From Candidatus Eiseniibacteriota bacterium (GTDB lineage: Bacteria > Eisenbacteria > RBG-16-71-46 > CAZAMP01): a DNA stretch of 64,000 nt. The stretch lies in assembly GCA_965224245.1 (NCBI GenBank), contig OZ245046.1, positions 5,184,001-5,248,000 on the forward strand. Direction: 5' to 3'. Below the pieces are notes generated by a model. The model made no database searches. It was not told the DNA's origin and worked only from the letters and a program-made list of their open reading frames with translations. Position numbers and translations under genes: made by a program. Positions 50,491 to 59,236 of this stretch are shown one piece after another (position 1 is the first letter of the stretch; each line of letters begins with the position of its first letter).

Positions 50491-51554
50491 ACTACGACTC
50501 CTGGATGCGCCCGCTCCTGTTCCGGCTTCCGCCGGAGAGGGCGCACGAGGTCGCGATGTCGTGTCTCTCGCTCGGCGCGTCGCTGCCCGGCGTCCGGTCG
50601 TGGCTGGCCAGCCTGTGCGATGCCGAGTGGCTCGACACCGAGGTGGAGGCGTTCGGGCTCCGGTTCCGGAACCCCGTCGGCCTGGCCGCGGGCTTCGACA
50701 AGAACGGACGACACCTGCACCTGATCGACCTGATGGGGTTCGGCTTCATGGAGGTCGGATCCGTCACCGCGAAGCCGACCATGGGCAACCCCAAGCCGCG
50801 GTTGTTTCGCCTCGCGTCCGACGGCGCGCTGATCAATCGCATGGGGCTGAACAACGACGGGGCACAGGCGATTGCGGCCAGGCTACGCGCTCGCGACACC
50901 GCGCCGCGGGGGCCCGTCTTCGTGAACGTCGCGCGGACGCCGTCCGTGGTCCTCGACGAGTCGGCCGGCGTGGACGACTACGTCGAGTCGGTCGTGCACG
51001 TCCGGTCGGTGGCCGACGCGGTCGTGCTCAACGTGAGCTGCCCGAACACCGGTGATGGACGCACCTTCGAGGAGCCCGGCGCGCTGGATCGCCTTCTGGG
51101 GGCGGTACGCGCGGTCCTCACGGCCGAGGATCGCCCCCCGCTTCTGGTGAAGATCTCCTCGGACGTCGACGACGCCGCGATCAGCGAGATCGTCAACGTC
51201 CTCGGACGGCACGCGATCGCCGGCATCGTGGCCGTCAACACCACGGTGGATCGTTCGGGACTGAAGCACGCCGACGCGGCCGCTCTGGAGGGCATCGGCC
51301 CCGGCGGGCTCAGCGGCGCCCCGCTTCACGAGCGCGCCCTCGGGACGGTTGCCCGGCTCCACGAGCTGACGTCGGGCACGCTGCCCATCATCGGCGTCGG
51401 CGGCATCGTGGACGCCGCCGGCGCGCGCGCGATGTTCGACGCGGGCGCGACGCTGATCGAGCTGTACACCGGTCTCGTCTACGAGGGCCCTCGCGTCGTC
51501 CGCCGGATCATGACCGGCCTGAAGGCCCGTGCCGCGGAGGTCGTCGCGACCTGA
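50487..51554 (+). CDS. pyrD: Dihydroorotate dehydrogenase (quinone), class 2
   Basis: NPVGLAAGFDKNG, GNPKPRLFRL, INRMGLNN, NVSCPNT, GGLSG, IGVGG, LYTGLVYEGP. Confidence 0.95.
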   Translation: MNYDSWMRPLLFRLPPERAHEVAMSCLSLGASLPGVRSWLASLCDAEWLDTEVEAFGLRFRNPVGLAAGFDKNGRHLHLIDLMGFGFMEVGSVTAKPTMGNPKPRLFRLASDGALINRMGLNNDGAQAIAARLRARDTAPRGPVFVNVARTPSVVLDESAGVDDYVESVVHVRSVADAVVLNVSCPNTGDGRTFEEPGALDRLLGAVRAVLTAEDRPPLLVKISSDVDDAAISEIVNVLGRHAIAGIVAVNTTVDRSGLKHADAAALEGIGPGGLSGAPLHERALGTVARLHELTSGTLPIIGVGGIVDAAGARAMFDAGATLIELYTGLVYEGPRVVRRIMTGLKARAAEVVAT

Positions 51555-51604
51555 CGGACCCGGCGCTCGACGTCGGACACGACGACAGGCGATCCCGGGG
51601 AAGC

Positions 51605-52627
51605 CTAGGCGTCGCGCTCGCGCCCGAGCCGGGCCACCAGGGTCGTGGCCAGCACCCCCGCCAGCACGAGGCCGACGGCGCCGGCGGCCTCGAACGTGCC
51701 GGGGCGGAAGAACGCGGTGGGATAGTCCTCTCGATCGAACTCGTGGAGGGTCTCGGCCGTGACCACGCGGCCCTTGATGATCGTCTCCCCGAGCGTGGGC
51801 TCGAGCGTCTCCTGAAACGGCCAGAGGCCCACCACTGCACCCACGAGGAGGCCCAGCAGCACGCCGAGTGTGGGCCCGGCGTGACGGGCGAGAAGCCACT
51901 TCAAGAGATTGCTGATCCCCACCACGCCGACGACGACCCCGAGCCCGACCGGCAGCACGACCCGGAGCCCCACGTCCAGGATCGCACCGGCATCGCGGGC
52001 CTCCAGCGCGAGCTTGAACGCGTCGACTCCCGAGAGGATCGGGATGTACATGCCCATCACGAGGAGCAGGTATCCGCCCGAGACGCCGGGCAGGATCATC
52101 GCGCTCGCACCGGCCACGCCGGCGAGTGCGAACATGATCCAGCCGGCCTCGGCCCCGCCGGCCGCCGCGGCGCCACGCTGCTGGGCCAGCGCGAGGAGGG
52201 CCATCCCGACGAACCCGACGGCCGCACCCGCCCACACGCGGCCGTCGACCGGGGCCGCGAGTCGCCAGACGACCGGAACGCCGCCCAGCGTCAGGCCGAT
52301 GAAGAGGCTGTACATGACCCAGCGGTGGTCGACGACCAGGTCCTTGATGATGCCCGCGCCGAGCAGCACCGCGACCATCGCGGCCAGCACGACCGAACCG
52401 AGGACGACGAGCGATGGCCGGTTGAGCCGGAGCGTCGTGACGTCGGCCACCGCCTGGATGAAGCGCGGATACACGCCGGCGGCCAGGAGCATCGTGCCCC
52501 CGCTGATCCCGGGCACCAGGTTCGCGAGTCCCATCAGGACGCCGCCGACCGACCCGCGAGCGGCGAGGGCCGGCAGCGCGATCGACGCCGCGTCGCGGTC
52601 GGGCGTGGCGGGTCGGGGAACGGACAC
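51605..52627 (-). CDS. DUF368 membrane protein (undecaprenyl-phosphate translocase family)
   Basis: MGLANLVPGISGGT and AMILPGVSGG motifs; LWPF. Confidence 0.9.
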   Translation of the reverse strand: MSVPRPATPDRDAASIALPALAARGSVGGVLMGLANLVPGISGGTMLLAAGVYPRFIQAVADVTTLRLNRPSLVVLGSVVLAAMVAVLLGAGIIKDLVVDHRWVMYSLFIGLTLGGVPVVWRLAAPVDGRVWAGAAVGFVGMALLALAQQRGAAAAGGAEAGWIMFALAGVAGASAMILPGVSGGYLLLVMGMYIPILSGVDAFKLALEARDAGAILDVGLRVVLPVGLGVVVGVVGISNLLKWLLARHAGPTLGVLLGLLVGAVVGLWPFQETLEPTLGETIIKGRVVTAETLHEFDREDYPTAFFRPGTFEAAGAVGLVLAGVLATTLVARLGRERDA

Positions 52628-52717
52628 GGTCAGCCTCCGGTCGGGTTGGTGACGTCGGGACGGGTCTCGGGTGTGCGCGTGACGATCGAGATGGTCGATC
52701 GACCCTGCTCGTTTACC

Positions 52718-53065
52718 TCACATGAGGCGCAGGCCGCAATCGGGACACTCCTCGGTGCCCGACGGAGATCGATGCTGGCACGCGGGACACGTGATCTCCG
52801 GTGCGTCGTGATCGATGAACGCGGCCGCCGCGGCGCGCTCCTCCTCGGAGGCCTGCTCGAGCCAGTCCGACTCGATGAGCGACATGGCCGACTGTGCGTC
52901 GTGGCTCGCGACCGCGAGCCAGACCTTGGTGCCTCAGGAGTTCGCGGCCGACGGCGGGGCGACCAGCTCCGCGTCGACGCCGGCGCCCCGGAGGCGGGCT
53001 CGGATCGGCTTCAGATCGGGCAGGCGCCCTTCCAGCAACACGACGATTTCCGGCTCTTCGGTCAC
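52718..53065 (-). CDS. Probable selenoprotein (115 aa, Sec44) with C-terminal CxxC-x10-CxxC zinc ribbon; absent from the ORF track
   Basis: GAGGA RBS 7 nt before GTG 53065; MTEEPEIVVLLEGRLPDLKPIRARLRGAGVDAELVAPPSAANS-TGA(52936-52934)-GTKVWLAVASHDAQSAMSLIESDW...CPACQHRSPSGTEECPDCGLRLM*. Confidence 0.85.
52902..52921 (-). promoter_or_regulatory. Bacterial SECIS element
   Basis: UGGCUCGC-GGUC-GCGAGCCA perfect 8-bp hairpin beginning 12 nt after the UGA; spacing and GGUC apex resemble the E. coli fdhF SECIS. Confidence 0.8.
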
Positions 53066-53092
53066 GATGAGATCCTCATGAAACGCGGCGGC

Positions 53093-53126
53093 AAAAAGCG
53101 ACCCCACCTTCTCGAGGTGGGGTCGC
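53093..53126 (-). terminator. Rho-independent terminator downstream of the LanC-like gene
   Basis: Minus strand GCGACCCCACC-tcgagaa-GGTGGGGTCGC-TTTTT. Confidence 0.8.
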
Positions 53127-53192
53127 GGGCCCCGATTGGTGCCTCCGGGACACTACCCCGGCCGGTCGACCGGCCCGGCCGGCAGCGGTCGA

Positions 53193-55121
53193 CTACCTCA
53201 GAATTGTAACCCGGATCGGCCGGTCCGTGACGGGATTCCCTCGGGCGTCCATCGGTCTCGCGAAGTACGTCCCCTGCGGCACGCGCCCGCCGATCTCGTT
53301 GCGCCCGTCCCACGTCCACGCCGCGCCGCCGACCGGGGGATCCAGCAGCGTTCGGACGAGGCGGCCCCGCACGTCGAAGACGTCGACGCGCGCGGCATCA
53401 GCGGGAGTCGTGATCGCGACCGTCGCACGAGACGGGTTCGGCCGCGCGCTCGCGACGACGTCCGCGACGCGGGCCACTGTCTCGTGCAGCGAGGATCGGC
53501 CGGAGCCCCCGCCGGTCAGGTCGTACTCGAACTGCCAGACGAGCCCGCCGGCCTCGGGCGCGGCCGCGTCCTCGGTCCACTGGAGCGCGTCGACGTACAT
53601 CGACAGCGCGGGTTCGATGTACACGAGGCTCGGGATCGAGTCGTAGAACAGGTTGGTCAGTCCCGTGAAGCCCCAGATCATGTCGGTTCGGTTGGCCACG
53701 GGATCGGAGATGTTTGACGGGAACATCCGGCCGACCTCGAACGGGATCATCTGATCGGCCAGCCACTGCGCGGCACGCAGGAAGCCGAGGCCGTGATTGA
53801 CGTCGCCGGTCACGTCGTACGCGTCGCCGAGGAAGTTCATCGGTCCGATGTGCCCGACGCACCAGTTCGTCCAGTCGAAGTGCGCGGTCCAGTCTAGCGT
53901 CCCGGCCGGCGTGTCGGTGTTCCCCTCGTGCAGCACGTAGTTGGCGGCGCCCTCGACGAACTCGAGGTAGCGGGCGTCGCCCCACGCCTCGTAGGCCGAG
54001 AGGAACGCGCGTCCGATCCCGGCGGCGCCGTTGCCGGTGATCACCGAGTAGGTCTCGGTGCCCGGCGCGACGTCCTCGCGACCCGGCCAGCGATACGCCG
54101 GCTGATACGGCGATTCGGGGACCTCCTCGGACATGTTGATCAGGTACTTCAGGGCGCTCCGGGCCAGCATCTCGTACTCCGGGTCGTCCCAGGTGATCGC
54201 CATCTCGATCAGGAACTCGGCGATGCCCGAGACGCCGGCGCAGAACGACGTGCCGTAATAGCCGCTCAGCATCGGGGAGAACACGCCCCACTTGAGGCCC
54301 CCGTTCCCGTCGTCCTCGGCGAGCTCGAGATAGCTCTGGGCCACGCAGCGTACGACGTTCTCGGCCTCCGCGCTGCCGGTGGCCCGGAACACCTCGACCG
54401 CGCCGCGGCCCACCGCGGCCACCCCGTAGGAGCCGATGTTGTAGAAGTGCGGGTGCTGGAACAGCTCGAAGAACACGCACCCCTCGGCGTCCGCGTACTC
54501 GGGGAACCACGTGGCGAAGTAGCTGAGCGGCACCTTCACCGCGTCGAGCCACACCATCGCGTCGTCGGCCATGTCCCGGTAGGCATCGGCCTGGGCGGTG
54601 GAGCCGCCGGCGGCCAGGACGCGGAGATAGCCCTCGGCGAACGCCATCGCGTTCCACGCGGTGGACGCCTTGGCGATCTGCTCGTAGTAGGGCGTGGCGT
54701 TCTCCCAGCCCGGCCACGCGTGCCCACCCTCGGGCTGGGGCTGCGCACGCGTCGCCATCCAGTCCAGTGCCCCGGTCCAGTACGTGTCGCTTCCGACGTA
54801 GTTCGCATCCATGAAGAGCTGGGCCACCGCGCCCATGCTGACGATCCCGTGCGCGCGCCACTGGGTGTAGTCGGTCTCGTCGTCGGGCAGGCTGCTCGGG
54901 CTCGCGACCACGTCGACGCCCGTGATCGCCGTGTGCCCGGTCGATTCCTGATACGCGCGAATGGCGGTCTCGATCTCCTTGGGGATCGGGGCGTGAGGCA
55001 CGTTGGCGCAGTCGGTCGCGGGCGATGGTCCGATGCCACACGCGATCGCGACACCGGTGGTGATCACGACCAGCCCGGCGGGTGTCAGCGTGGACCACAG
55101 CGCAAAATGGGTTCGACGCAT
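53193..55121 (-). CDS. Exported LanC-like (alpha/alpha)-barrel protein with FlgD-Ig CTD
   Basis: Repeated GxxG helix-loop motifs (SYGVAAVG, SFCAGVSGIAEFL, GNGAAGIG, NWCVGHIG, IWGFTG); CTD PNPSR..FDVRGRLVR..WDGRN..QGTYF. Confidence 0.7.
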   Translation of the reverse strand: MRRTHFALWSTLTPAGLVVITTGVAIACGIGPSPATDCANVPHAPIPKEIETAIRAYQESTGHTAITGVDVVASPSSLPDDETDYTQWRAHGIVSMGAVAQLFMDANYVGSDTYWTGALDWMATRAQPQPEGGHAWPGWENATPYYEQIAKASTAWNAMAFAEGYLRVLAAGGSTAQADAYRDMADDAMVWLDAVKVPLSYFATWFPEYADAEGCVFFELFQHPHFYNIGSYGVAAVGRGAVEVFRATGSAEAENVVRCVAQSYLELAEDDGNGGLKWGVFSPMLSGYYGTSFCAGVSGIAEFLIEMAITWDDPEYEMLARSALKYLINMSEEVPESPYQPAYRWPGREDVAPGTETYSVITGNGAAGIGRAFLSAYEAWGDARYLEFVEGAANYVLHEGNTDTPAGTLDWTAHFDWTNWCVGHIGPMNFLGDAYDVTGDVNHGLGFLRAAQWLADQMIPFEVGRMFPSNISDPVANRTDMIWGFTGLTNLFYDSIPSLVYIEPALSMYVDALQWTEDAAAPEAGGLVWQFEYDLTGGGSGRSSLHETVARVADVVASARPNPSRATVAITTPADAARVDVFDVRGRLVRTLLDPPVGGAAWTWDGRNEIGGRVPQGTYFARPMDARGNPVTDRPIRVTILR

Positions 55122-55441
55122 GGCGGTACTCCCTCATCGCGGGATGGACCGGGACGCGCTCCGGATCGGGCACGCCACCGGTCGTCCTGGCGCTCGGTCG
55201 AGTCGCGGCGATGCGCGCGCTCGGGCCGAGAGCACGAATGATCCGGTCATGGTGCGGGCGAGCATTGCTCTCGGAGCGAAGGCGGGCGAACGCCGGATAC
55301 TGTCCACCGCCGGGCGCTCACGCGGCGGTGCGAGCGGGACGGGACCGGACGGGTGTCGTTCGATGCTCCGAGATCGGGATTATCGCACGAGGGCCCCGAG
55401 CGGACAACGAGAAGGCGTCGGCGTCGTACGGATGGCCTCGA

Positions 55442-56248
55442 TCAACGTCGACGTCGGCGCTTGGGTGTCTCCTCCGTCTCGTCGTCGTCGTCGTTCTCGT
55501 CCACGAACACCGGGCCATACCCCTCGCGCACGATCGTGAGGCCGCCCGTGGACTGATGCACCCGGAGGTAGGACCGATCCGCGGCGGACACCGTGAAGTC
55601 GAGCTCCACGTCGTCGATCCCCACCACGAACGAGAGCGTCTCGACGTCGGCGCCGTTCAGCTGTCCGGTAGCGGCGGTGACGCCGGGCTTGACCTCGATC
55701 TCGGTGGCGTGCGGAGGGCCGAGCTCGGCGACCGGGAACGTGCGGGACGAGGACGGATCGTCGAACCAGCCCGACCGCTCGAGTCGCCGGAGAAAGATGC
55801 TCGCGTGCTGGCACATGAAGCGATTGCTGATGATGGCGTCCTCGGGCATCTCGATTGTCATGTTCATCGACTGTCCGCCCATCGTGGCCTCGATGGCGAG
55901 CGAATCGCCGTCGCGCTTGCCGATCACACGGACGGGCGTGGTCTGGCCCGCGCGGGTGATGTCGCCGTTCACGTCGATGCCCTGCACGACCAGGCCGTCG
56001 CCGCTGACGACGGTGCGAGCCGTCGAGGACACCTTCGTCCCCGACATGTCCGCCTCGATCTTGCTCTTGTAGACCTCCTCACCTTCGGCGGTCTTCGCCA
56101 GGCTGACGGTCTCCACGCCGACGCTGTCCTGCCCGACGTACATGATGTAGCTGGTCCGGACGGCCTGCGCGTGCGCCGGGAGAGACGTCACGGACATCAG
56201 GGGTGCCAGCGCGGCGGTGAGCACCAGGAGGACTGCGGTCGTGTTCAT
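55442..56248 (-). CDS. Exported hypothetical protein (beta-rich)
   Basis: GGAG RBS, signal peptide ending AHA, host-like codon pattern. Confidence 0.7.
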   Translation of the reverse strand: MNTTAVLLVLTAALAPLMSVTSLPAHAQAVRTSYIMYVGQDSVGVETVSLAKTAEGEEVYKSKIEADMSGTKVSSTARTVVSGDGLVVQGIDVNGDITRAGQTTPVRVIGKRDGDSLAIEATMGGQSMNMTIEMPEDAIISNRFMCQHASIFLRRLERSGWFDDPSSSRTFPVAELGPPHATEIEVKPGVTAATGQLNGADVETLSFVVGIDDVELDFTVSAADRSYLRVHQSTGGLTIVREGYGPVFVDENDDDDETEETPKRRRRR

Positions 56249-56743
56249 GTCGGTCTCCAGGGATCGGGACACGTTCGAGGATCGACGGAGTGTACCGCCC
56301 CGCGCGACGTACATTCACCCGCGACCGGAATTCGTCTTGATTCCGTGGTGGTCGGCGTTCGAGCATGACCGGACGGCGTTCGGGGCCTGTCGCTCCGATG
56401 CCACACTACACCATGGTGGGCGATATCATGGTGGGCGATGGGGCGCGGCGTACGCTGGCGGCTCGCTCGCGGGCAGGGCTCGACGTCGTCCCCGATGTGT
56501 GCCACTGCCGTGTACACGCGACCACCGGGCCTGCCCGCGCGATGCGCGGGCGACCATGCGGCCTTCCCGTCCCGTTCGTGGGGGTGACGTGTCCGATCGA
56601 CGTGATCTGGTGGTCGACACGTCCCCCGAGAGCGCCGAAGCGTGTGCCGCTGCGATCCAACGACGACTCGACACCGGTCCCCCGGGGGTCGCGTTTCACC
56701 GCCTGGTCCGCGGGTGAATCTGTCGATGGGCGGAGGTGTTGCC

Positions 56744-57262
56744 GTGGATGTTCGAGCACTCGGGGACGAGGATCGATCACACGTGTGCGAGCGACTGACC
56801 GAGCGATGGGGATCGCCCGTGATCGTCTCCCGGGGTACCGTCCATCGTGCGGCGGAGCTGCCCGGATTCGTGGCCGTCGAGGGCGGGCGACTCGTCGGAG
56901 CCGCGCTCGTCTCCTGGACCGATCGCGAGTGCGAGATCGTCTCGCTGGACTCCTGGATGTCCGGTCTCGCCGTCGGAACGGCGCTGGTGGACGCAGTGCT
57001 GAGAGAGGCGGAGCGCACCCGGGTACGGCGCGTGTGGCTGGTGACGACCAACGACAACACGCGGGCGCTTCGCTTCCATCAGAAGGTCGGATTCCGACTG
57101 GTCGCCCTGCACGCCGACGCGATCGCGCGCTCGAGGATGCTCAAGCCCGAGATCCCCGACGTGGGGTGCGACGGCATTCCGATCCGGGACGAGATCGAGC
57201 TGGAGATCCGTCTCGACGCACGGTTGCCCCGAGCCCGCGCCGAACGACCGCCGACGAGTTGA
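56744..57262 (+). CDS. GNAT N-acetyltransferase
   Basis: CEIVSLDS, GTALV, WLVTTNDNTRALRFHQKVGF, GIPIRDEIELE; GGAGGT RBS before GTG. Confidence 0.88.
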   Translation: MDVRALGDEDRSHVCERLTERWGSPVIVSRGTVHRAAELPGFVAVEGGRLVGAALVSWTDRECEIVSLDSWMSGLAVGTALVDAVLREAERTRVRRVWLVTTNDNTRALRFHQKVGFRLVALHADAIARSRMLKPEIPDVGCDGIPIRDEIELEIRLDARLPRARAERPPTS

Positions 57263-57368
57263 TGCGGGCGGGAACCCGAGCGTGTATAACCCTCGGAGAC
57301 TCGCTGAGACCCGCTGGGCGTCACCGCGCATGCCACGGAGGGATCGGGACATCGCCAACCTGTCGGCC

Positions 57369-57980
57369 ATGGAGTCGCTCGAGCGACTGCGAGAGGGAAA
57401 CCGGCGCTTCGTGCTCGGGACACCGTCGGACGAGCCCCTCACCCATCACATACGGCGGAGCGAGCTGGTGTCCGGCCAGGCGCCGTTCGCGATCATCCTC
57501 GGCTGCTCGGACTCGCGCGTCCCCGCCGAGCTCGTCTTCGATCAGGGGCTCGGCGATCTGTTCGTGATCCGGGTGGCCGGCAACGTCGTGGCGCCGTCCC
57601 AGGTGGGCAGCGTCGAGTTTGCCGCCGACCGGTTCGGCACGCGTCTCGTCGTCGTGCTGGGCCACTCCATGTGCGGCGCCGTCGAGTCGACGCTCGCGGA
57701 GCTGGCGCGCCCCTCGACCAGCCGCTCGCCGAACCTCCGCTCGATCGTCGATCGCATCCGGCCCGCGGTCGAGCCGCTCGTGGAGGCCGAGCTTCCCCGC
57801 GATCCCGCCGAGCTGATGACGGCCGCCGTTCGAGCGAACATCCGCGCGTCGGTCGATCATCTCCGACACGGATCGGAGATCCTCGAGCAGCTGATCCGCG
57901 ACGACGGTCTTCTCGTCGTGGGGGCCGAGTACTCGCTGGAGACCGGTAGGGTCGAGCTACTCGACGACGTCTCCGGCTGA
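57369..57980 (+). CDS. Beta-class carbonic anhydrase
   Basis: LREGNRRF, GCSDSRVP, RVAGN, LGHSMCGAV; start uncertain. Confidence 0.93.
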   Translation: MESLERLREGNRRFVLGTPSDEPLTHHIRRSELVSGQAPFAIILGCSDSRVPAELVFDQGLGDLFVIRVAGNVVAPSQVGSVEFAADRFGTRLVVVLGHSMCGAVESTLAELARPSTSRSPNLRSIVDRIRPAVEPLVEAELPRDPAELMTAAVRANIRASVDHLRHGSEILEQLIRDDGLLVVGAEYSLETGRVELLDDVSG

Positions 57981-58071
57981 GCCGATCGAGCGTACCTGTG
58001 TCAGCCGAGCCGGGTCGCCGCCGCTGCCCTCCGCGGCGCGGCCCGGCGTGGACCTCACACCGGCGCCGCGG

Positions 58072-59079
58072 TCAGAGCGAGACCGTGCGGCCGGTCCCCG
58101 AGGCCAGAACAGCGGCCGCGACCGCGACGTCCTGCGCCGCCGTGCCGACGGAGTCGAAGAGCGTCAGCGCCCATCGATCGTCGGTCCCGGTATCGGGCGT
58201 CACGCCGCCCGACCCAGTCGCATCCGCGTTGCCGACGAGCAGGTCGCCCAGCGTGACCCATGTCGCCGGATCGGTCGCACCCACGGCGATGGCGGCGACC
58301 AGCTCGCCGGCCTCGGCTTCGGCTCCCTCGCGCGTGTCGACGACCACCCGTGAGCGCGCGACGGTCGCGACCTCGATCTCACGCATCGTGGGTCGAAAGC
58401 TCCCGAGCGCACAGATCACGCGGGCCGACTCGAGTGCGGCATCGGAGACGACGGGCGTTTCGGACGTGGTGGCGGTCACGACCACGTCGCACCCCTCCAC
58501 GCACGACGCGGCCGTCGGGGCCGCCTGGACCGACGTCGACGCCGTGGTCTCGGCGCGCTTCACGAACGCCGCCAGGCGGCACCGATCTCGGGCGTAGACG
58601 CGGATGTCGACGACGCCATCGATGGCGTCCAGCGCCGGGACCAGCGCCTCCGCGAGACCGCCCGCGCCGATCAGCGCGACGCGGGTGGGGTCGGGGGTCA
58701 GGGTCTCGATCGCCAGCGCGGCGGTGGCGGCGGTGCGCCACGCGGTCAGGAACGTGCCGTCCAGGATCGCCGACGGGACACCCGTGACCGGATCGATCGC
58801 GATCGCGAGACCGGACGTGGTCGGAATTCCACGGTCGCGGTTGCCGGGCACGACCGAGACGAGCTTGGCTCCCACCGCCCACGGAAGCACCGCCGGTTTG
58901 ACGAGGAGGTGGCCCGATCCCCCGGTCCCGGACGTACCCGGTAGCGGAAGGCTCAGACGGACCGGAACGGTGGCGCGGCCGCCAGACAGCGACTCGAACG
59001 CCGGCCGCACCGCGTCGATTGCCGCGCGCATCGGCAGCGCGCGGCGGATGTCGTCCGCGCCGAAGATCCGGAGCTCCAC
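58072..59079 (-). CDS. Ornithine cyclodeaminase/mu-crystallin family; likely delta1-pyrroline-2-carboxylate reductase by context
   Basis: GAKLVSV, LTAWRTAA, IGAGG, VTAT, EAGEL, FDSVGTAAQD. Confidence 0.85.
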   Translation of the reverse strand: MELRIFGADDIRRALPMRAAIDAVRPAFESLSGGRATVPVRLSLPLPGTSGTGGSGHLLVKPAVLPWAVGAKLVSVVPGNRDRGIPTTSGLAIAIDPVTGVPSAILDGTFLTAWRTAATAALAIETLTPDPTRVALIGAGGLAEALVPALDAIDGVVDIRVYARDRCRLAAFVKRAETTASTSVQAAPTAASCVEGCDVVVTATTSETPVVSDAALESARVICALGSFRPTMREIEVATVARSRVVVDTREGAEAEAGELVAAIAVGATDPATWVTLGDLLVGNADATGSGGVTPDTGTDDRWALTLFDSVGTAAQDVAVAAAVLASGTGRTVSL

Positions 59080-59236
59080 TCCCGCCTCCCTCGGTCGTCG
59101 TCCACGAGCCACGGTCCATTCTGGACGCTCGGTGCGGTCGGCGCGAGTCCGTTCCGTGCAGGCGTGGAGAGGGACGGAGGAGAGAGTGCGGACCGCGCCG
59201 GGGCGCGGCCCGCGAGAGGGGTCTGGCCGTACCGCG

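Noticed and set aside
52718-52720. Read-through of the selenoprotein's terminal TGA
   Set aside because: It follows the complete zinc ribbon, has no comparable hairpin, and the downstream frame is not protein-like.
56412-56439. Direct repeat CATGGTGGGCGAT x2
   Set aside because: Only two copies in an intergenic gap; likely a local duplication.
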